DNA of 59,009 nucleotides, counting the filler, from an uncultured bacterium (GTDB lineage Bacteria > Hinthialibacterota > Hinthialibacteria > Hinthialibacterales > Hinthialibacteraceae): the NCBI GenBank assembly GCA_964449065.1. It is 5 parts of 5 records of this genome, joined end to end, with 100 filler letters (N's around TTAATTAATTAA, not from the genome) between each part and the next. Parts side by side here need not be neighbours in the genome. Positions count along the whole stretch, not along the records: positions 47,526 to 59,009 come from CAYVAZ010000157.1; 4 more parts are not named here. One strand, written 5' to 3'. The notes under the pieces were generated by a model. It was not told the DNA's origin, searched no databases, and worked only from the letters and a program-made list of their open reading frames with translations. Shown one piece after another: positions 55,881 through 59,009 of this stretch. Both the position numbers and the translations under genes were made by a program. Positions within the stretch are counted from its first letter, which is position 1; the number at the start of each line of letters is the position of its first letter.

Positions 55881-58800
55881 TTAATTGGATGGATTGCGGA
55901 TGGAGGTGTCGATCGGCGGTGCAATTTCTAAATCCTGCACCGCGTCGATACCGACGAAAAGAAGTGGTTGTACCGAGGCCCATTCCCCATTAATAAAGCG
56001 GCGGTCGCCCTCCGGGTTATCAAAATCGGCAGTAAAGCGTGTGGAGTTTCCGCCGGTGTGCATTCCCCCAAACACATCAAACATGAGGATGCCGACCCGT
56101 CTGGAGACGGAAGAGACTGTTCTTCCAAACCGGTCAAGGCCAAATACCGGATCATCGGATATTTCCACTTCAAACCCGCGGGCTATGTTGCGGTCAAACA
56201 CCTGCCGCAATGATCCAAAGGGATTCAAATCACGAATGTATTCATTTAATTCCGGTGTGACAACCGTGGTTGCAAATGGAATGAAATGGATAAGGCCGTT
56301 GCCGTTCAGCAATCCCAAACCGATCCATTCTTGCCCGGATGGATCGGGGATGAGTTCCATATCTTGATAGGTGAATGATTGCCCATTCAGGAGGATGGGC
56401 GCGTCACCAACATTCAGCGGAGGGACGGAACCGACGGAATGAATTAAGCCGTTTTGCTGCAAGACATAGGCTCCGCTGCCGATAAGATCATCGCTGCGCA
56501 GGCTGTTGGTCATGCTGATTTCCGTGCCGCGGTAGATGACCATATCAACAGCAATAGAAGCGGGAGACAAATTAATCCGGCGCGAACGCCGGTCAATGCG
56601 TTCGTTGGCGCTGCCTTCGGCATGAATTCTGCCATTTTGAGCTAGGACATAAAAGCCGTTGTTGCCGGCGGGTTCGATATCCACCAACGGATTGAAGGAA
56701 CTTACATCGGCGTTGGAGGATAATTCGGACAAGGTGGGCGGGATGGGGTCGCTGGTAAAACCGCCGAAATCAATGTTATTGGCGGGAACGTTATCGGTAT
56801 CGATGCCGCCCCGGTTTACACCTCCGGTGGCGCCCAATTTGGCGGTAACCGGCGGAATATTGGAAAGAATCCCGGCATTTAAATAATACACCCCTTCCGA
56901 ACCATTACCGTTTGGATCAACTTCACCCGAAAATTCCATATCTTTCGCGATCGAAAAGGGTTCGCCGTTGATGAAAAGCAGTTCCGGCATGGTCGTAAGG
57001 TCTGGAATGCCGTCAAAACGCCCCCGCAGGATAAACCCGCTGTTGAAGGAGCGGCCGATATCAAAGTTGTCAACGGCTTTTCCCCGCGGATAAACGGCGC
57101 CGATTTCATCGATGGCGACTAAACCAAGGTGCGGAGCCACTTCCCGCGCGGTTGGGGTTGCTGTCGGTGTGGGTTGTGTCGGTGTGGACGTGACCGTGGG
57201 GGTTGCCGTGGAACGCCGCTGGGTTGGCTGTTCTATCGCCGGGGTCGAACTTGGGGTTTCCGGCATTATGGGTGAGGGTCTTAAAACCGGCGTTTCCGTG
57301 GGTGGACGCGTTGGAATTCGTCTATTAGTCGGGCTTGGTGAAGGCGTTGAAGTTGGTGTTGAGGTCGCCGTAGCTGTCGATGTAGGGGTATTAGTCGGTG
57401 CAAAAGTATCGGAGTTCAGGTCGTCCGTGGCCAAAATGCGAAAACTCACATCGTCCGCGCTACGGTTTAGGATTGCAATGAAATAACGTTGTTTAATGAG
57501 CGGAAGATCCCCGTCTTCTCCCAATACAATTTCGGCACGCCCCCGGCGGCTTATAGCTGTGGTTTGTGTATCTGGAGACACAAGGTCTTCCGGCGAGACC
57601 AGTAATTCTAAAGAGCGCCTGGGATCATCGGACTGAACCGCTATGACAATGCTTTCTTTGTCGCTGGAAGGTTCAAAGAGGTATTGAAATTCGGATATGC
57701 CGAAGGGAGGCACGGCGCCGATATCCATGGTGTTCAAGGCCAGGATTTGAGTATCGTGTTCTTCACTGGGAGAGGTGTCTTGCCGGGCGCGGATTAGCAG
57801 GCCGGAAGCGGTGCTGTTTTCGCGTACCGTCACGACCGAAGCCGTGCTGCGGCTGGGCGGGGTACCAAAATCCCAATAAAACGCGGACGGTGGCGGATCT
57901 AAAAAGGCCAAGCCGTTCAGGGTATATTTGCTCACAGCCGATGCGCCGGTAAAAAAGGTATCAATGGGCTCGATATAGACTTGGTATTCGCCCGGCGGCA
58001 AACCATGGATTTCAAAAGTGCCGAAGGGCTCTTCAAAGTAGCCGGTTACGGTTGAATAGTAATGTTCCGCCATACTCGGTTCATTAATTTTTCGGGCAAT
58101 AACATTGATGCCGGGCAGCTCTTTATTGCCGCGTTTGACTACACCGGTGATGCTGCCGGTGCGGGCTTTGAAGAAGCGGTCCGGGTATAAGAAATTGGCA
58201 ATGGCTTTGTCATCGTTGGTTAAAAAGGTTCTGCTGGAATCATCATCGGCCGATGTGGGAAACATGATGGGAACCAGGGTATCGTTCGCCGCGACCCCAT
58301 CATACGCCAAATGACGGTGGATTTGGGTGTGATCAATACCGATAAAGTGGCCAAGTTCATGCAGGATGGTGGATTTGGCGGCACCGCGGTCGGGGTTGAA
58401 GTTTTCAATGAAGTAACCGTTTAATATAATATAGGCAAACGCAAATTCCGTGCTCCCGAATCCCGAAGTGGAAGCCGCTGCAAACCCCAGGGTTGAATCC
58501 TTGGCGCCGACTCCGCCTAACGAATCAATGATAGAACCGTCATCATCATAAATAACCACATTTTTGCCGGAAGAGCCGGTGATGTATTGGCGAAAGTTTT
58601 GCCGGGTAACATCTTCTTCCAACAATCCGCCGAATTCAAACCGAATGGAGGTAAATCCGGCGTTTTCCCACGCGGCAAACGATTCATGAATGAGTTGATT
58701 GGCTTCTTGGTTGGATATCGTTCCCAAGTCACCGGGATCAATGTGGTAGACGATGGGTTGGCTGGTATCCCACAAAACGGGCAGACCGCTAATTGTGATG

Positions 58801-58892
58801 TTGGGTCCACCCGCGCTTGCTTTAGGCAGAGATATCACAGCACAGAATAGAAAATAGGCAGACCAAAGGCAAATCCAGGGTATAGTTTTCAT
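55881..58892 (-). CDS. Secreted matrixin-like (metzincin) metalloprotease with P/T-rich linker and C-terminal propeller-like repeats
   Basis: Signal peptide; HELGHFIGIDH plus Met-turn PIMFP; GLPPGEY carboxypeptidase-regulatory-like domain; (TP)n linker; D-x-E..G-F-Y-V-L repeats. Confidence 0.88.
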   Translation of the reverse strand: MKTIPWICLWSAYFLFCAVISLPKASAGGPNITISGLPVLWDTSQPIVYHIDPGDLGTISNQEANQLIHESFAAWENAGFTSIRFEFGGLLEEDVTRQNFRQYITGSSGKNVVIYDDDGSIIDSLGGVGAKDSTLGFAAASTSGFGSTEFAFAYIILNGYFIENFNPDRGAAKSTILHELGHFIGIDHTQIHRHLAYDGVAANDTLVPIMFPTSADDDSSRTFLTNDDKAIANFLYPDRFFKARTGSITGVVKRGNKELPGINVIARKINEPSMAEHYYSTVTGYFEEPFGTFEIHGLPPGEYQVYIEPIDTFFTGASAVSKYTLNGLAFLDPPPSAFYWDFGTPPSRSTASVVTVRENSTASGLLIRARQDTSPSEEHDTQILALNTMDIGAVPPFGISEFQYLFEPSSDKESIVIAVQSDDPRRSLELLVSPEDLVSPDTQTTAISRRGRAEIVLGEDGDLPLIKQRYFIAILNRSADDVSFRILATDDLNSDTFAPTNTPTSTATATSTPTSTPSPSPTNRRIPTRPPTETPVLRPSPIMPETPSSTPAIEQPTQRRSTATPTVTSTPTQPTPTATPTAREVAPHLGLVAIDEIGAVYPRGKAVDNFDIGRSFNSGFILRGRFDGIPDLTTMPELLFINGEPFSIAKDMEFSGEVDPNGNGSEGVYYLNAGILSNIPPVTAKLGATGGVNRGGIDTDNVPANNIDFGGFTSDPIPPTLSELSSNADVSSFNPLVDIEPAGNNGFYVLAQNGRIHAEGSANERIDRRSRRINLSPASIAVDMVIYRGTEISMTNSLRSDDLIGSGAYVLQQNGLIHSVGSVPPLNVGDAPILLNGQSFTYQDMELIPDPSGQEWIGLGLLNGNGLIHFIPFATTVVTPELNEYIRDLNPFGSLRQVFDRNIARGFEVEISDDPVFGLDRFGRTVSSVSRRVGILMFDVFGGMHTGGNSTRFTADFDNPEGDRRFINGEWASVQPLLFVGIDAVQDLEIAPPIDTSIRNPSN

Positions 58893-59009
58893 TTATCTCA
58901 GCATCTCAATAATTTGCTTCGAACGCATAACAGAACCATATCAAAACAAGCACAGAATCATCATATCCATTATATCTTAACTTTATAAAAACGGCTAATG
59001 AAAGTATAC

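Noticed and set aside
57110..57400. Repetitive DNA in the metalloprotease gene
   Set aside because: Encodes an ordinary Pro/Thr-rich linker, not a separate element

Overview
Five separate ~11.5-11.9 kb contigs from a draft bacterial genome or MAG, joined by artificial 100-bp N44-TTAATTAATTAA-N44 linkers at 11944-12043, 23844-23943, 35703-35802 and 47426-47525, so adjacency across linkers has no biological meaning. The organism is diderm and flagellated. Its prepilin-like proteins and PQQ-like propellers resemble those of Sumerlaeota/Hinthialibacterota/PVC-type lineages (inference). Contig 1: Cys-rich leader ORF, a Cus-type heavy-metal RND operon with two TolC genes, a RelE/ParE-like TA pair and a REP-associated tyrosine transposase. 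Contig 2: tandem Uma2 nucleases, a DinB-family gene, elbB, a darTG remnant, a Zn-ribbon/TPR/coiled-coil membrane protein, a prepilin-like gene, an atypical J-TPR/GrpE/Hsp70 triad and PIN/Phd genes. Contig 3: PIG-L/LmbE protein, MurC-like ligase, hydrolase, PQQ-like propeller and an ArsS radical SAM/DUF547/DedA/disulfide-reductase operon. Contig 4: CDGSH protein and an exported redox locus (two Tat paralogs, Tat Gfo/Idh/MocA, multiheme cytochrome c, membrane protein, ApbE, divergent PQQ-like propeller). Contig 5: lexA with a candidate SOS box, a prepilin-like gene, fliD/fliS with sigma54 and sigma28 promoters, a REP-delimited cassette-like stretch (pseudogene plus higBA) and a large secreted metalloprotease. 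Intergenic regions hold at least four families of ~90-150 bp non-autonomous IS-derived elements that enclose REP-like hairpins and nest inside one another. The best candidates for undescribed biology are the divergent Hsp70/J/GrpE module, the Tat/multiheme/ApbE redox locus, and the nested MITE/REP system associated with accumulated TA fragments.
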